Part shown: positions 21,265-32,018 of the stretch, piece by piece
Layout: each line of letters opens with the position of its first letter
Numbering within the stretch: the first letter of the stretch is position 1
From: Halioglobus sp.
Lineage (GTDB): Bacteria; Pseudomonadota; Gammaproteobacteria; Pseudomonadales; Halieaceae
NCBI GenBank assembly: GCA_041395965.1
Contig: JAWKZM010000008.1
Coordinates: 4,669-68,668 of the forward strand
Reading direction: 5' to 3'
Length of the DNA stretch: 64,000 bases
Translations under genes and position numbers: made by a program
Notes under the pieces: model-generated
Told to the model about the DNA's origin: nothing
The model's input: only the letters and a program-made list of their open reading frames with translations
The model's database searches: none

Positions 21265-23271
21265 ATGTCGTCCCCCCGCATACAACTCGCCAATGCCATA
21301 CGCGCCCTCAGCATGGACGCCGTTCAGAAGGCAAATAGCGGCCATCCAGGCGCCCCGATGGGCATGGCGGATATTGCCGAGGTCCTGTGGAACGACTACC
21401 TGCGACACAACCCGGAGAACCCTGCCTGGCCCGGACGCGACAGATTCGTCCTGTCAAACGGCCATGGCTCCATGCTGCTCCATTCGCTGTTGCACCTGTC
21501 CGGTTATGACCTGTCCCTGGCAGATTTGCAGAATTTCCGCCAGCTGCACAGTAAAACGCCGGGGCACCCCGAACACGGCTACACGCCCGGAGTAGAGACC
21601 ACGACCGGTCCGCTGGGTCAGGGTTTGGCCAATGCCGTGGGTATGGCACTGGCGGAGAAAATCCTGGCAGCGCAATTCAACCGGCCGGGGCACGCGGTGA
21701 TCGACCACCACACGTATGTATTCCTGGGCGACGGTTGCCTGATGGAGGGGATTTCCCACGAGGCCTGTTCGCTGGCCGGAACACTGGCGTTGGGCAAGCT
21801 CATCGCGTTTTACGATGACAACGGCATCTCCATTGACGGTGAAGTGGAAGGCTGGTTTACCGAAGACACCCCCGCCCGGTTCCGCGCCTACGGCTGGCAG
21901 GTGATCGCGGATGTGGATGGCCATAACGCAGCCGAAATAAAGGGCGCGATCGAGTCCGCAAGAAGCCAGCACGAGAAACCCACCCTGATCTGCTGCAAGA
22001 CTGTCATCGGTAAAGGCGCCCCCAACAAGCAGGGCACCGAAGCTGTTCACGGTGCGGCACTGGGCGAGGACGAAGTCGCCGCCACCCGCAAGGCGCTGGG
22101 GTGGGAATACGGGCCTTTCGAGATTCCCCGGGAGATCTACGCCGGCTGGGATGCTCGGCAGGCGGGGGCGAGGCGGCAACAGGAATGGGACCAGGTAATG
22201 GCGGACTATGCCGAGGCGCATCCCGGGCTGGCGGCGGAATTACGCCGTCGCCTGGCGGGAGAACTGCCTGCGAACTTCGCCGCCCAGGCGGCGGATTACA
22301 TCGCCCGGTGCCAGCGGGAGGGTCTGAGTGTCGCCTCGCGCAAGGCCTCCCAGAACAGTCTCGATGCCTACGGTCCGCTGTTGCCGGAACTGCTCGGCGG
22401 CTCCGCCGACCTGGCGGGCTCCAACCTCACCATGTGGAGTGGTTCCAAGGCTGTGACCGCCGCCGACGCCAGCGGTAATTACATTCATTACGGGGTGCGT
22501 GAGTTTGCCATGGCGGCCATCGTAAACGGCATCGCCCTGCACGGTGGGTTTATCAACTACGGTGCGACGTTCCTGATCTTTATGGAATACGCGCGCAACG
22601 CGGTGCGGATGTCGGCGTTGATGCGACAACAGTCTATCTTCGTGTTCACGCACGACTCTATTGGCCTGGGCGAGGATGGACCGACCCATCAGCCTGTAGA
22701 GCAGCTGACGGCTTTGCGCGCGACACCGAACATGCACAGCTGGCGTCCCTGTGATGGTGTGGAATCCGCCGTGGCCTGGAAATCGGCCCTGGAACGCCGC
22801 GACGGGCCCACTTCGCTGGTATTTTCGCGCCAGACCCTGCCGCACCAGTCCCGCAGTGACCAACAGGTCGCGGATATCATACGCGGCGCTTATATACTCA
22901 GGGACTGCACGGGCGCCCCGGATGCGATCCTCATTGCTACCGGTTCTGAGGTGCACCTGGCAGTGGCGGCGGCCGAGCAGCTGGCCGCCTCCGGCAAGCG
23001 GGTGCGGGTTGTTTCCATGCCGTGTGCGGAGCTGTTCGAGGAGCAGGACGCGGACTATCGGGAGGCTGTGTTGCCAAGCGACGTCCTGGCTCGCGTGGCG
23101 GTGGAAGCGCTGCATGCGGATTTCTGGTACAAGTATGTTGGCCTCGACGGACGCGTGGTCGGGATGACCACCTTTGGCGAATCGGCGCCAGCCGGGGATT
23201 TGATGCGGCATTTTGGTTTCACCACAGAGAATGTCGTCGCAGCCGTCGAAGACGTGCTGCTCCAGGACTGA
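21265..23271 (+). CDS. tkt: Transketolase
   Basis: [49 protein letters not shown]. Confidence 0.98.
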   Translation: MSSPRIQLANAIRALSMDAVQKANSGHPGAPMGMADIAEVLWNDYLRHNPENPAWPGRDRFVLSNGHGSMLLHSLLHLSGYDLSLADLQNFRQLHSKTPGHPEHGYTPGVETTTGPLGQGLANAVGMALAEKILAAQFNRPGHAVIDHHTYVFLGDGCLMEGISHEACSLAGTLALGKLIAFYDDNGISIDGEVEGWFTEDTPARFRAYGWQVIADVDGHNAAEIKGAIESARSQHEKPTLICCKTVIGKGAPNKQGTEAVHGAALGEDEVAATRKALGWEYGPFEIPREIYAGWDARQAGARRQQEWDQVMADYAEAHPGLAAELRRRLAGELPANFAAQAADYIARCQREGLSVASRKASQNSLDAYGPLLPELLGGSADLAGSNLTMWSGSKAVTAADASGNYIHYGVREFAMAAIVNGIALHGGFINYGATFLIFMEYARNAVRMSALMRQQSIFVFTHDSIGLGEDGPTHQPVEQLTALRATPNMHSWRPCDGVESAVAWKSALERRDGPTSLVFSRQTLPHQSRSDQQVADIIRGAYILRDCTGAPDAILIATGSEVHLAVAAAEQLAASGKRVRVVSMPCAELFEEQDADYREAVLPSDVLARVAVEALHADFWYKYVGLDGRVVGMTTFGESAPAGDLMRHFGFTTENVVAAVEDVLLQD

Positions 23272-23276
23272 TCTGG

Positions 23277-24293
23277 ATGGTGCGTCTGGCGATCAACGGC
23301 TATGGCAGGATCGGTCGCTGCATATTGCGTGCCCTCTATGAGAGTCACCACAGGCATGCGCTGGCGATTGTAGCCATCAATGAACTGGCCGATGCGGGTA
23401 CTGTATTGCATCTCACGCGCTACGACTCCACCCACGGCCGTTTTCCGAAACCACTGGCGGGCGATGCCAGCGCGTTGCGCGTGGATGGCGATGCGATAGC
23501 CCTGTCCAATCACGCCAGCCTGGATACGCTGCCCTGGGAGGCATTGGAGGTGGACGTGGTGCTGGAGTGCACCGGCGCCTTCTCCGACCGTGCCACCGCC
23601 GAGATGCACCTGCTGCGGGGCGCGCGCAAGGTGCTGTTTTCGCAGCCGGCGCAGGCCGACGTGGACCAGACCGTTGTGTTCGGGGTAAACCACCGGGAAT
23701 TGCGTGCAACCCATCGCATCGTCTCCAATGCGTCCTGTTCCACCAACGGCATACTCCCGGTTATCCGGGCGCTGGAGGACAGCGTCGGGATCGAGAGCGG
23801 CACGATCACCACGATTCATTCGGCCATGAACGACCAACCTGTGCTCGATGCTTACCATCACACTGACTTACGCAAAACACGGGCCGCCTCGCAGTCCATC
23901 ATTCCCGTGGATACCGGGCTGGCAAGGGGTATCGAACGGCTGCTCCCGGAGATGGCAGGGCGTTTTACGGCGCAGGCGCTAAGGGTGCCGACACTGAATG
24001 TGTCAGCGCTGGACCTTACCGTGCAAACGCGGCGGGACACCGATGTAGCGCAGATTAATCGCATACTGCGAGAGGCCTCGCAGACCCGCTTCGATGGTGT
24101 ACTTGGCTACACCGAGGAGCTTTTGGCATCCTGCGATTTTAATCACGACTCCCGCTCCAGCATCGTCGATGCCAGCCAGACCCGCGTCAGCGGCCGCCGG
24201 CTGGTCAAGGTGCTGACCTGGTTCGATAATGAGTGGGGTTATGCCAATCGTATGCTTGATGTAGCGCAGTACTGGAGCGGATTAGCGGATTAA
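23277..24293 (+). CDS. epd: D-erythrose-4-phosphate dehydrogenase (GAPDH family)
   Basis: [47 protein letters not shown]; tkt-epd-pgk-fba order. Confidence 0.9.
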   Translation: MVRLAINGYGRIGRCILRALYESHHRHALAIVAINELADAGTVLHLTRYDSTHGRFPKPLAGDASALRVDGDAIALSNHASLDTLPWEALEVDVVLECTGAFSDRATAEMHLLRGARKVLFSQPAQADVDQTVVFGVNHRELRATHRIVSNASCSTNGILPVIRALEDSVGIESGTITTIHSAMNDQPVLDAYHHTDLRKTRAASQSIIPVDTGLARGIERLLPEMAGRFTAQALRVPTLNVSALDLTVQTRRDTDVAQINRILREASQTRFDGVLGYTEELLASCDFNHDSRSSIVDASQTRVSGRRLVKVLTWFDNEWGYANRMLDVAQYWSGLAD

Positions 24294-24357
24294 AATACAA
24301 CGTCACTGCCGGCCGCCCGTGGCCGGTCACAGGTGCAGAACAGTAGAGGATGGTTGT

Positions 24358-25538
24358 ATGGCACTACATGTGGATTTGATGCGTGAGCAGGCGCTGGGAG
24401 GAAAGCGGATCCTGATTCGAGAGGATCTCAACGTCCCGATCAAGAACGGCGCGGTCACCAGCGATGCCCGCATACGCGCGGCGCTGCCGACCATACAGGC
24501 TGCGCTCGCGGCGGGGGGTCGGGTAATTCTCATGTCGCACCTGGGCCGGCCGGTAGAGGGAGAGTACGATCAGCAATATTCCCTGGCACCGGTAGCACAG
24601 CATTTATCCACCCTCCTGGGGAAGCCTGTAACGCTGGTGAGCCAGTGGCGCGATGGTGTCGACCTGTCGGACGGGGAGGTGGCGTTGCTGGAGAACGTGC
24701 GCTTTAACCCCGGCGAAGGCAAGGACGAGGAGTCATTGGCCCGAGCCTATGCAGCGCTGTGCGATATTTTCGTGATGGACGCGTTTGGCACCGCACACCG
24801 CGCCCAGGCGTCTACTCACGGTGTGGCCAAGACGCGCCGGTCGCCTGTGCCGGGCCGTTGCTGGAGCAGGAGTTGAGCGCGCTGACGCAGGCGCTCACCA
24901 ATCCCGCACGTCCGCTGGTGGCTATTGTCGGTGGTTCAAAGGTCTCGACCAAGCTGGAAGTGCTGGAGGCGCTATCCGAAAAGGTGGATCAATTGATTGT
25001 CGGTGGTGGGATTGCCAACACCTTTCTTGCGGCCAGCGGTAGCCCCGTCGGAAAATCCCTCTGTGAGCACGACCTGGTTCCCACGGCGCGAGCGCTGATG
25101 CAGAAAACCAGTATTCCGTTGCCCGTCGATGTGGTGACGGGCAAGGCAGTGGCTGAGGATGCCGCGGCCACGGTAAAACTGGCCGGGGACGTGGCGGAGG
25201 ATGATATGATCCTCGATATTGGCCCGGAGGCGTCGAGGCAGGTAGCGCAGTTGCTCAAAAACGCCGGTACGATTCTCTGGAACGGGCCAGTTGGCGTATT
25301 CGAATTCGACCAGTTCGGTGAAGGCACCAGGGCGTTGTCCAGGGCTATAGCGGAGAGTTCGGCATTTTCACTGGCCGGTGGCGGCGACACTCTGGCCGCC
25401 ATCGACAAGTACGACATTACGGACAAGGTTTCCTATATTTCTACAGGTGGAGGGGCTTTCCTGGAGTACGTGGAGGGCAAGATTCTACCCGCCGTTGCCA
25501 TGCTGGAGCAGCGCGCCGGTCGGAAGCCGGAATTGTAG
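24358..25538 (+). CDS. pgk: Phosphoglycerate kinase, frameshift near 24830
   Basis: [26 protein letters not shown]|[23 protein letters not shown]. Confidence 0.96.
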
Positions 25539-25578
25539 TAGACTCCCAATCAACGTTACTACTTAAAGGATGACTTAC

Positions 25579-26639
25579 ATGGCACTCATCAGTTTGCGTC
25601 AGCTACTGGATCACGCCGCCGAGCACGATTACGGTGTGCCGGCATTCAACGTCAATAACCTCGAGCAGACCCGCGCCATCATGGAAGCGGCGAACGCCAC
25701 CAATTCGCCCGTGATCATGCAGGCCAGCGCTGGTGCTCGCAAGTACGCGGGCGCGCCATTCCTGCGCGCCATGATGGAAGCGGCGATGAACGAATTTCCT
25801 CATATTCCGGTCGTGGTGCACCAGGATCACGGAGTATCTCCGGGGGTGTGCCAACGGTCCATTCAACTGGGATTCAGTTCCGTGATGATGGACGGTTCCC
25901 TGGGAGAGGATGGCAAGACACCTATGGATTACGATTACAATGTCGCGGTGACACGCAGGGCCGTGGAGATGGCGCATGCCTGCGGTGTCTCGGTGGAGGG
26001 CGAATTGGGTTGCCTCGGCTCACTGGAGACCGGGGAGGCCGGAGAAGAAGACGGCATCGGCGCCGAGGGCAAACTGACCCACGACCAGATGTTGACGGAT
26101 CGGAGGAAGCGGCCCGGTTCGTCGCTGCGACCGAGGTGGATGCGCTGGCCATAGCCTGCGGCACCAGCCATGAGGCATAAGTTCACGCGTCCGCCGACCG
26201 GCGACATTCTGGCGATTGATCGCATCAAGGAAATTCACGCGCGCATCCCGCACACCCACCTGGTAATGCATGGCTCTTCAGCGGTACCACAGGACTGGCT
26301 GGCGATCATCAACGAATACGGTGGCAAGATTCCCGAGACCTACGGCGTGCCGGTGGAACAGGTGCAGGAAGGTATTCGCCACGGAGTCCGCAAGGTCAAT
26401 ATCGACACTGACCTGCGGCTGGCTTCAACCGGGGCAATTCGTCGTTTTCTGGCAAAAATCCGGCTGAGTTTGATCCGCGCAAATATCTGGGCCAGACCAT
26501 CACCGCGATGAAGGATATTTGTGTAGCCCGTTACGAGGCGTTTGGTACCGCCGGCAACGCGAGCAAGATAAAGGTTAAATCACTGGCGGACATGCAGGCG
26601 GCCTACGACTCCGGAGCGTTGACGCCAGCTGTGAAATGA
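25579..26639 (+). CDS. fba: Class II fructose-bisphosphate aldolase, several frameshifts
   Basis: [51 protein letters not shown]. Confidence 0.95.
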
Positions 26640-26640
26640 A

Positions 26641-27621
26641 GTGAAGGGCAGCGGCGGCCTGACGCCGGCACAATTGCGAGCCTTGCGCCTTCAGCTTCCC
26701 GCATTTGGTGAAGCGGCGGTGCCTTCCCCTGAGCTCCAGTCTTTCTGCCAATACTACGGCATCGATTTCACCGCCCGCATGCCGCAGGTAGAGTATCTGG
26801 CGGGGCGCGTTAACTCCGGGGATTTCGTGCTCGCCGTCCATCACTGGCGCCAGAGTGACGCCAGCGCAAACCTGCTGCTGCTGCACGGTTACTTCGATCA
26901 TACCGGTCTCTTCGGCAAGCTGATTGAATGGGCGCTCTCGCGGCGATGCAATGTGTTGATCTTCGATCTTCCCGGGCACGGTCTGTCCAGTGGCGAGCCG
27001 GCGGTCATTGACGACTTTGGCGATTACAGCCTGGCCATCAAGGATGTACTTGGCGCGGTGAGGCTGCCGCAGTTGCCGCTTTGGGTTATGGCGCAAAGCA
27101 CCGGCGGCGCGGCACTGGTTGATTTCGCCCGCAAGTATGACTGGCCATTCGCTGCCACGGTATTGCTGGCGCCACTCATACGGCCCGCCGCGTGGGTGGG
27201 CGTGAGGGCTGGCTATTTGCTGCTGGGCCGTTTTGTCGACAGTGTGCCGCGCAAGTTTTCCGTCAATTCAACCGACAGGGATTTCCTGGAGTTTTTGCAA
27301 CGCGACCCACTGCAAAGCCAGCGAATCTCGCTGCGTTGGGTGGGCGCGCTGAGGCGCTGGCTGCGTGATCTGCCGCGACACGATCTGGGCGTCGGCCCCG
27401 CGTTGATCATTCAGGGTGATGCGGACGGGACAGTGGACTGGCGGTTCAATGTGGGTTTTGTCTGCAAGCTGTTCCCAGACAGCCGGGTGGAATATATTCA
27501 TGGGGCCGGGCACCAATTGGCAAACGAGGCGAGCGACAACCGACGCGACTATCTCGGCCGCGTTACAGTCTGGCTGGCAGGACGCGGCATCGCCCTGGGC
27601 GCTGCGCCGGATCAGGTATAG
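26641..27621 (+). CDS. Alpha/beta hydrolase (lysophospholipase/Hydrolase_4-like)
   Basis: LLHGYFDH, FDLPGHGLS, AQSTGG nucleophile, QGDADGTVD, GAGHQL. Confidence 0.85.
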   Translation: MKGSGGLTPAQLRALRLQLPAFGEAAVPSPELQSFCQYYGIDFTARMPQVEYLAGRVNSGDFVLAVHHWRQSDASANLLLLHGYFDHTGLFGKLIEWALSRRCNVLIFDLPGHGLSSGEPAVIDDFGDYSLAIKDVLGAVRLPQLPLWVMAQSTGGAALVDFARKYDWPFAATVLLAPLIRPAAWVGVRAGYLLLGRFVDSVPRKFSVNSTDRDFLEFLQRDPLQSQRISLRWVGALRRWLRDLPRHDLGVGPALIIQGDADGTVDWRFNVGFVCKLFPDSRVEYIHGAGHQLANEASDNRRDYLGRVTVWLAGRGIALGAAPDQV

Positions 27622-29234
27622 AGCCCGGCTGACCTGAGCAATTCATACAGGGGTTGCAACGTGTTGCCGTAACGCTGCCAGCGGTTCACGGAACTGGTGT
27701 AAACACGCTGTCGCACTTGTGCCGAGCTGGCGGTGGCGACGCTAGTCGCGCGCTGGTGAAAGGACAGGCACTGTTCTTCCCAGGGCAAGCCGCAGTGCTC
27801 CAGCAATTTTTTTGCAGCGCGCTCAGGATCCTCCACCAGACTTTCATATTGCAATTCCAGAACGGCTCCGGGTAGATTCTCCCGCCAGTGACGCATCAGA
27901 TGGTCAAACTCAATGTAGTAGCGGCCGCAATCCAGCAAATCGTAGTTGTAGTAATAATATTTGAAGTTCGTAGCAAATAGCTGGCGATAATTGCTCAGAC
28001 AGGTATCCATGGGATCGCGGCGCAGGCAGATCAATTTAGCTTTGGGCAATGCGCTCTTGATCAGACCCAGGTACAAAAAGTTCAGCGGCAACTTGTCCAC
28101 AAAGTGTTCGGTGTGCCCGGTTCTGGGGCGAGTGCTGTCGATGTACGCCGCGCCCAGATCGGGCATGGACAGTTTAATGGATCGCTGGAAAGTCTCCAGG
28201 TCGACAACGTCGGCCGAGAGCGATCCTGTCATCCTTTTTACCTGCAGCGGAAAGTTTTGCAGCTCGCCGGCGGCGTAAACGAGAGAGTGGCCGGCCAGTA
28301 TCTGCTCGACCAAGGTAGTGCCTGTGCGCGGCATGCCGACCACGAAAATGGGTTCAGCGTTGTCCAGGGATGCGCGTTGGCCGCTGAAAAAACTGCGGTC
28401 AAACAGTTGCCTTATGCCTTGCATCAAATCCGAGTCGGCCTGGACCCGGTATCTGACGCATCGTGCCTGCTCATGCTTTGCCCAGGCCAGGGATGCCAGA
28501 GACTCACTATACCGCTGGAGATCCTCCTGCTCCTTGGCAAGCGCGTGGCCAAGATGCAACTGATCCTGCGGGCTGGAAATTTGGTTCCTGAGTGACTCCA
28601 GCCGGTCCAGGTGATTGCTTTCGACTGTCTGGAGGCGCAGTAAGGAAATTGCAGAATGCGCCTTGAACAGGCGTGGGTTCAAATCAATAGCTTTCTCGTA
28701 GGCATCCTCTGCAGCCTGGAATTGACCAGCGAACTGCAGCGATGCGCCATAATTGAAGTAAAGGTCTGTTTGCCAGCTCACTGGCAGGGTGCCGGCACCG
28801 CGCCGTCTCTTTTGCAGGCGGTGGACGGCACGCTCAAAACAGGTGAGTGCGATCTCATGTTCGCCGCAATGGCTGAAGACGGTACCCAGCGTGCTGATTG
28901 TTGGCAGCGAGGAAGGATTCAGGGCATAGGACTGTTGCGCCGCGATCAGGGCCTGTTGCGACTGGCGCAACGCCACCAGTTGTTTTCCAAGTTCAGCGAG
29001 GTATTCGGCATTGGCGGGTGCCAGTTCGGTAGCCTTTTGAAAGATATTTACCGCCTTGGTGATTTGCCCATTGTGCGCCGCGATGACGCCGCACAGGAAC
29101 CAGGCGTCGGCAAAGTCCTGATCAAGTTCGAGAATGGCCAGGCAGTGCCGATGCGCTTCCCGTAGGCGCCCATCTCGAACCGCCTGGTGCGCGGCGCGCT
29201 GCAAAGCTGCAATTTGCTGCCATTCAGATTTCAT
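27612..29234 (-). CDS. TPR-containing sulfotransferase family protein
   Basis: N-terminal TPR-like repeats; 5'-PSB loop VGMPRTGTTLVEQIL, DKLPLNF, 3'-PB RDPMDTCLSNY, QYESLV, TASSAQVRQ. Confidence 0.9.
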   Translation of the reverse strand: MKSEWQQIAALQRAAHQAVRDGRLREAHRHCLAILELDQDFADAWFLCGVIAAHNGQITKAVNIFQKATELAPANAEYLAELGKQLVALRQSQQALIAAQQSYALNPSSLPTISTLGTVFSHCGEHEIALTCFERAVHRLQKRRRGAGTLPVSWQTDLYFNYGASLQFAGQFQAAEDAYEKAIDLNPRLFKAHSAISLLRLQTVESNHLDRLESLRNQISSPQDQLHLGHALAKEQEDLQRYSESLASLAWAKHEQARCVRYRVQADSDLMQGIRQLFDRSFFSGQRASLDNAEPIFVVGMPRTGTTLVEQILAGHSLVYAAGELQNFPLQVKRMTGSLSADVVDLETFQRSIKLSMPDLGAAYIDSTRPRTGHTEHFVDKLPLNFLYLGLIKSALPKAKLICLRRDPMDTCLSNYRQLFATNFKYYYYNYDLLDCGRYYIEFDHLMRHWRENLPGAVLELQYESLVEDPERAAKKLLEHCGLPWEEQCLSFHQRATSVATASSAQVRQRVYTSSVNRWQRYGNTLQPLYELLRSAGLYT

Positions 29235-29315
29235 TACAGGACATTCTAAGCGTGGAGTTGTTACCCGTCACCGGTTACCCGGCTCTCTTTTCGTATCGTC
29301 GGGCAAAGCGAAAGC

Positions 29316-29338
29316 AAAAAAGGGCGCCGCGGCGCCCT
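29316..29338 (-). terminator. Intrinsic terminator after the TonB-dependent receptor
   Basis: Minus strand GGGCGCC-gc-GGCGCCC followed by TTTTTT. Confidence 0.8.
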
Positions 29339-29358
29339 CCGTTTGCATCTATGCCTTA

Positions 29359-31746
29359 CTACTCTTCAAAGTTGTATGTGAATTTCAGGCCAACCTGCCG
29401 CGGGCGCACCATATTCTGGTAATAGCGCCGCAGGTCAAAGTCTCCGACCTCGCGGATATAGCTTCTGTCTGTCCTTACACCGGTCTCGGCATAGATATCA
29501 AACACGTTGTCGGCGTAAAGGGATACCATCCAGGCGTCCTTGAACCAGGTGGCCGAGACATTGTTCAGCGCAAAACTGGGCAGACTCTGGCCGTAATCCC
29601 GCTTGCCGGCCTTGGTCAGTACATTACTTTGTGCCGACATGGACCAGTCAAAATCCAGTTGCGACCCGTCGTTCAGAGGCATCTCATAGTGTGCCGCGAG
29701 GTAGAGCTGGTTCTCAGGTGTGCCGGGCAGTCGGTCGCCGTTGTAGGCGGCGCATTCGGGGTCCTCTTTTGGCCCGCAGAACAAGCCTTGCACATCGTCA
29801 GTCAGTTCGGCCTTTGTCCAGGCATAGGCGCCGCTGACTGAGAAATTTGGCATGACGTAGTACTGGGCGGACAACTCCACACCGGTACTTTCCGCGCCTT
29901 GACCATTTGCGATGATGGGAAGATCGCCGTTTTCGGTAACGGATTGCAACTGGGGATCATTCCATTCAATGTAGTACACCGCGCCATTAAGAATCAGCGA
30001 GTCGCCGAACTGGGAGTGCACACCGATCTCGTAGTTGGTCGAGGTGTCTGATTTATAGGATGCTTCGCTGGGTTGTGCACAAACATTCTGTTCGTTCGGG
30101 TCCAGTGGATTCTGGCAGATGGTTAGCGCATTGGATGCGCCCAACCGGTAACCTTCGCTGACGGTCAGGTAGGTCATGATGTCATCACTGAAGTCATAGG
30201 AGGTGTTGAATTTATAAATAACATCATTGTCATCTGTCTTGCCGGTGTCACCGCTGATATTGATGGAATCAGGAGGGGCGCCATCAATAACGGTATCAAA
30301 TAATGGCAGCGCAAGACCATTGGATGCCTCGTATTTGTACTTGAACCAGCGTGCGCCCACCGTCACTTGCCAGGCATCGGTAATCTCGTAACCGAGCTCT
30401 CCGAACGCGGCTGTTTCCTTCTGGTTCTCCTTGAAGGTCTGGTAAAATTCAAGTGAATCCGGCCGCAGTTGCACGCCGTCACCGATATCCACGAGGTACT
30501 GGTCGTATTCGGGAGTAAACTCCTGGCTCAGGGTTTTATTATCAAAGTCGTTGTAGAACCCGCCCACGATCCAGCTTAGGGGGCCATCTCCAGTGGATAC
30601 CAGACGCAGTTCCTGAGTGAAAGTGTCCGCGTTGGCATCCTCTCGGGTGTAAGCCGAAAAACTCGGGAAGAACTCATACCCGTATTCGAAGGCCAGCAAC
30701 AGATCGGTCTGGTCGCGTTGGCCGTTTTCGCTGTATTCGGAATATCCGGTGGCTGAGGTTAGGGCGGCGAAGCCCAGGTCCGCCACCATCTCCAGTGCAA
30801 GCAACTCATTCTTACGTTTGTTGGGCTCCAGAAAGCGGTGTGCCGACTCGTACTTTCCAGTACCAAACGCATCCTGGTGATTGACCTGGCGAGCACCGAC
30901 ATCGTCATCCTGATAGTAATAGGATAGCGTGCTGTCCATAACATCACCTGTGTAGCGCAGGGCGGCACGACCCGACCAGGTTTCCTCGGTATTGGCGTCC
31001 TTTTTACCTTTCAGGTTGGCATTTACGTCGTTGGGATCGCTGAAATCCGGCTGGGGATTGGAAACACCGGCCTGGCGTACGAGGTAGTTGTAGTCGATGA
31101 AGCCGGGGTCATTGGCATAGTCCACCGAAGCACGAAAGGCGAGAGTGTCAGCAACGATGGGAATATTGACGGTGCCGCCACCCTCGTAACCGGCGTCGTC
31201 CGAGTGGCTGAGGCCATAAACATCGCCGCGCACCTGGTAGCTAAGGGCATCGGTCTGGGGCCTGTAGGGGATATAACGCACTGCGCCCCCCATTGTTCCG
31301 GCGCCATAGAGCGTACCCTGTGGCCCCATCAGCACTTCTACACGCTCCATGTCGTTCAACTTCAGATCCACATACAGGGGAATTTCGCCAATATAGGTTG
31401 CCACGGTGCCGCCGCCGTCATTACTGCCGTCAGTCGCGGTGATGTTGCTTACATTCAGGCCGCGCACGGTGAGGATATTGCTGCTGCGCGGTCCCTGGTC
31501 TACTACGGTCATGCCGGGCACCACGCGGGCTATATCCGTCAGGTCGGTAAGGCGATCCCGCTCGATAATGGAGTTGCTTAGCGCGGTGATATTAATGGGG
31601 ATGTCCTGCAGAGATTCCGTGCGGCGAGTAGCCGTCACAAGTACCTCTTCGAGCTGCGATTCCTGCGCCACGGCATAAGTGGAAATGATTGTTGATGCGA
31701 CCGCGGCCGACAAGGTGCTGATCTTGAAAGTGTTGCTATTGCGCAT
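29359..31746 (-). CDS. TonB-dependent outer membrane receptor
   Basis: Signal peptide, TonB-box-like LEEVLVTATRR, plug motif ERVEVLMGPQGTLYGAGTMGG, C-terminal RPRQVGLKFTYNF. Confidence 0.95.
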   Translation of the reverse strand: MRNSNTFKISTLSAAVASTIISTYAVAQESQLEEVLVTATRRTESLQDIPINITALSNSIIERDRLTDLTDIARVVPGMTVVDQGPRSSNILTVRGLNVSNITATDGSNDGGGTVATYIGEIPLYVDLKLNDMERVEVLMGPQGTLYGAGTMGGAVRYIPYRPQTDALSYQVRGDVYGLSHSDDAGYEGGGTVNIPIVADTLAFRASVDYANDPGFIDYNYLVRQAGVSNPQPDFSDPNDVNANLKGKKDANTEETWSGRAALRYTGDVMDSTLSYYYQDDDVGARQVNHQDAFGTGKYESAHRFLEPNKRKNELLALEMVADLGFAALTSATGYSEYSENGQRDQTDLLLAFEYGYEFFPSFSAYTREDANADTFTQELRLVSTGDGPLSWIVGGFYNDFDNKTLSQEFTPEYDQYLVDIGDGVQLRPDSLEFYQTFKENQKETAAFGELGYEITDAWQVTVGARWFKYKYEASNGLALPLFDTVIDGAPPDSINISGDTGKTDDNDVIYKFNTSYDFSDDIMTYLTVSEGYRLGASNALTICQNPLDPNEQNVCAQPSEASYKSDTSTNYEIGVHSQFGDSLILNGAVYYIEWNDPQLQSVTENGDLPIIANGQGAESTGVELSAQYYVMPNFSVSGAYAWTKAELTDDVQGLFCGPKEDPECAAYNGDRLPGTPENQLYLAAHYEMPLNDGSQLDFDWSMSAQSNVLTKAGKRDYGQSLPSFALNNVSATWFKDAWMVSLYADNVFDIYAETGVRTDRSYIREVGDFDLRRYYQNMVRPRQVGLKFTYNFEE

Positions 31747-32018
31747 AATTGCCCCTAATCGCGTTGCCAACCCATGGCTTCCTATGAGTTGCGCCAGAAA
31801 AAAGGCTCTTCCGTGTCGCCTCGTTTAAGTGTGCGCACTGCTGGTCCCGCTCTTGGCACTGGCGGGCTGATAATTTTTAATAGTGTGGCAAAGATAGCAT
31901 TGCGCCGCACTGGTTTGAACGCCCTAAAAGGCGCAAAAATACCGTTTGGGCTCAGAGTCTTAAGTTGGGAAATGCGTGAAGATTCTCACTAAAAAAGGTT
32001 TGCCGCGGCCCGAATAGG

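Noticed and set aside
22240-23211. Long antisense ORFs over tkt and similarly over gshB, metF, ptsP and the ttpC-like gene
   Set aside because: Expected in high-GC coding DNA where the antisense frame lacks stops; no recognisable motifs.
31747-32018. Possible riboswitch or attenuator upstream of the TonB-dependent receptor (weak hairpin plus T6, a few GGA motifs)
   Set aside because: No cobalamin, TPP or other aptamer core recognised, and the stem is only 3-4 bp. An Rfam scan would be needed.
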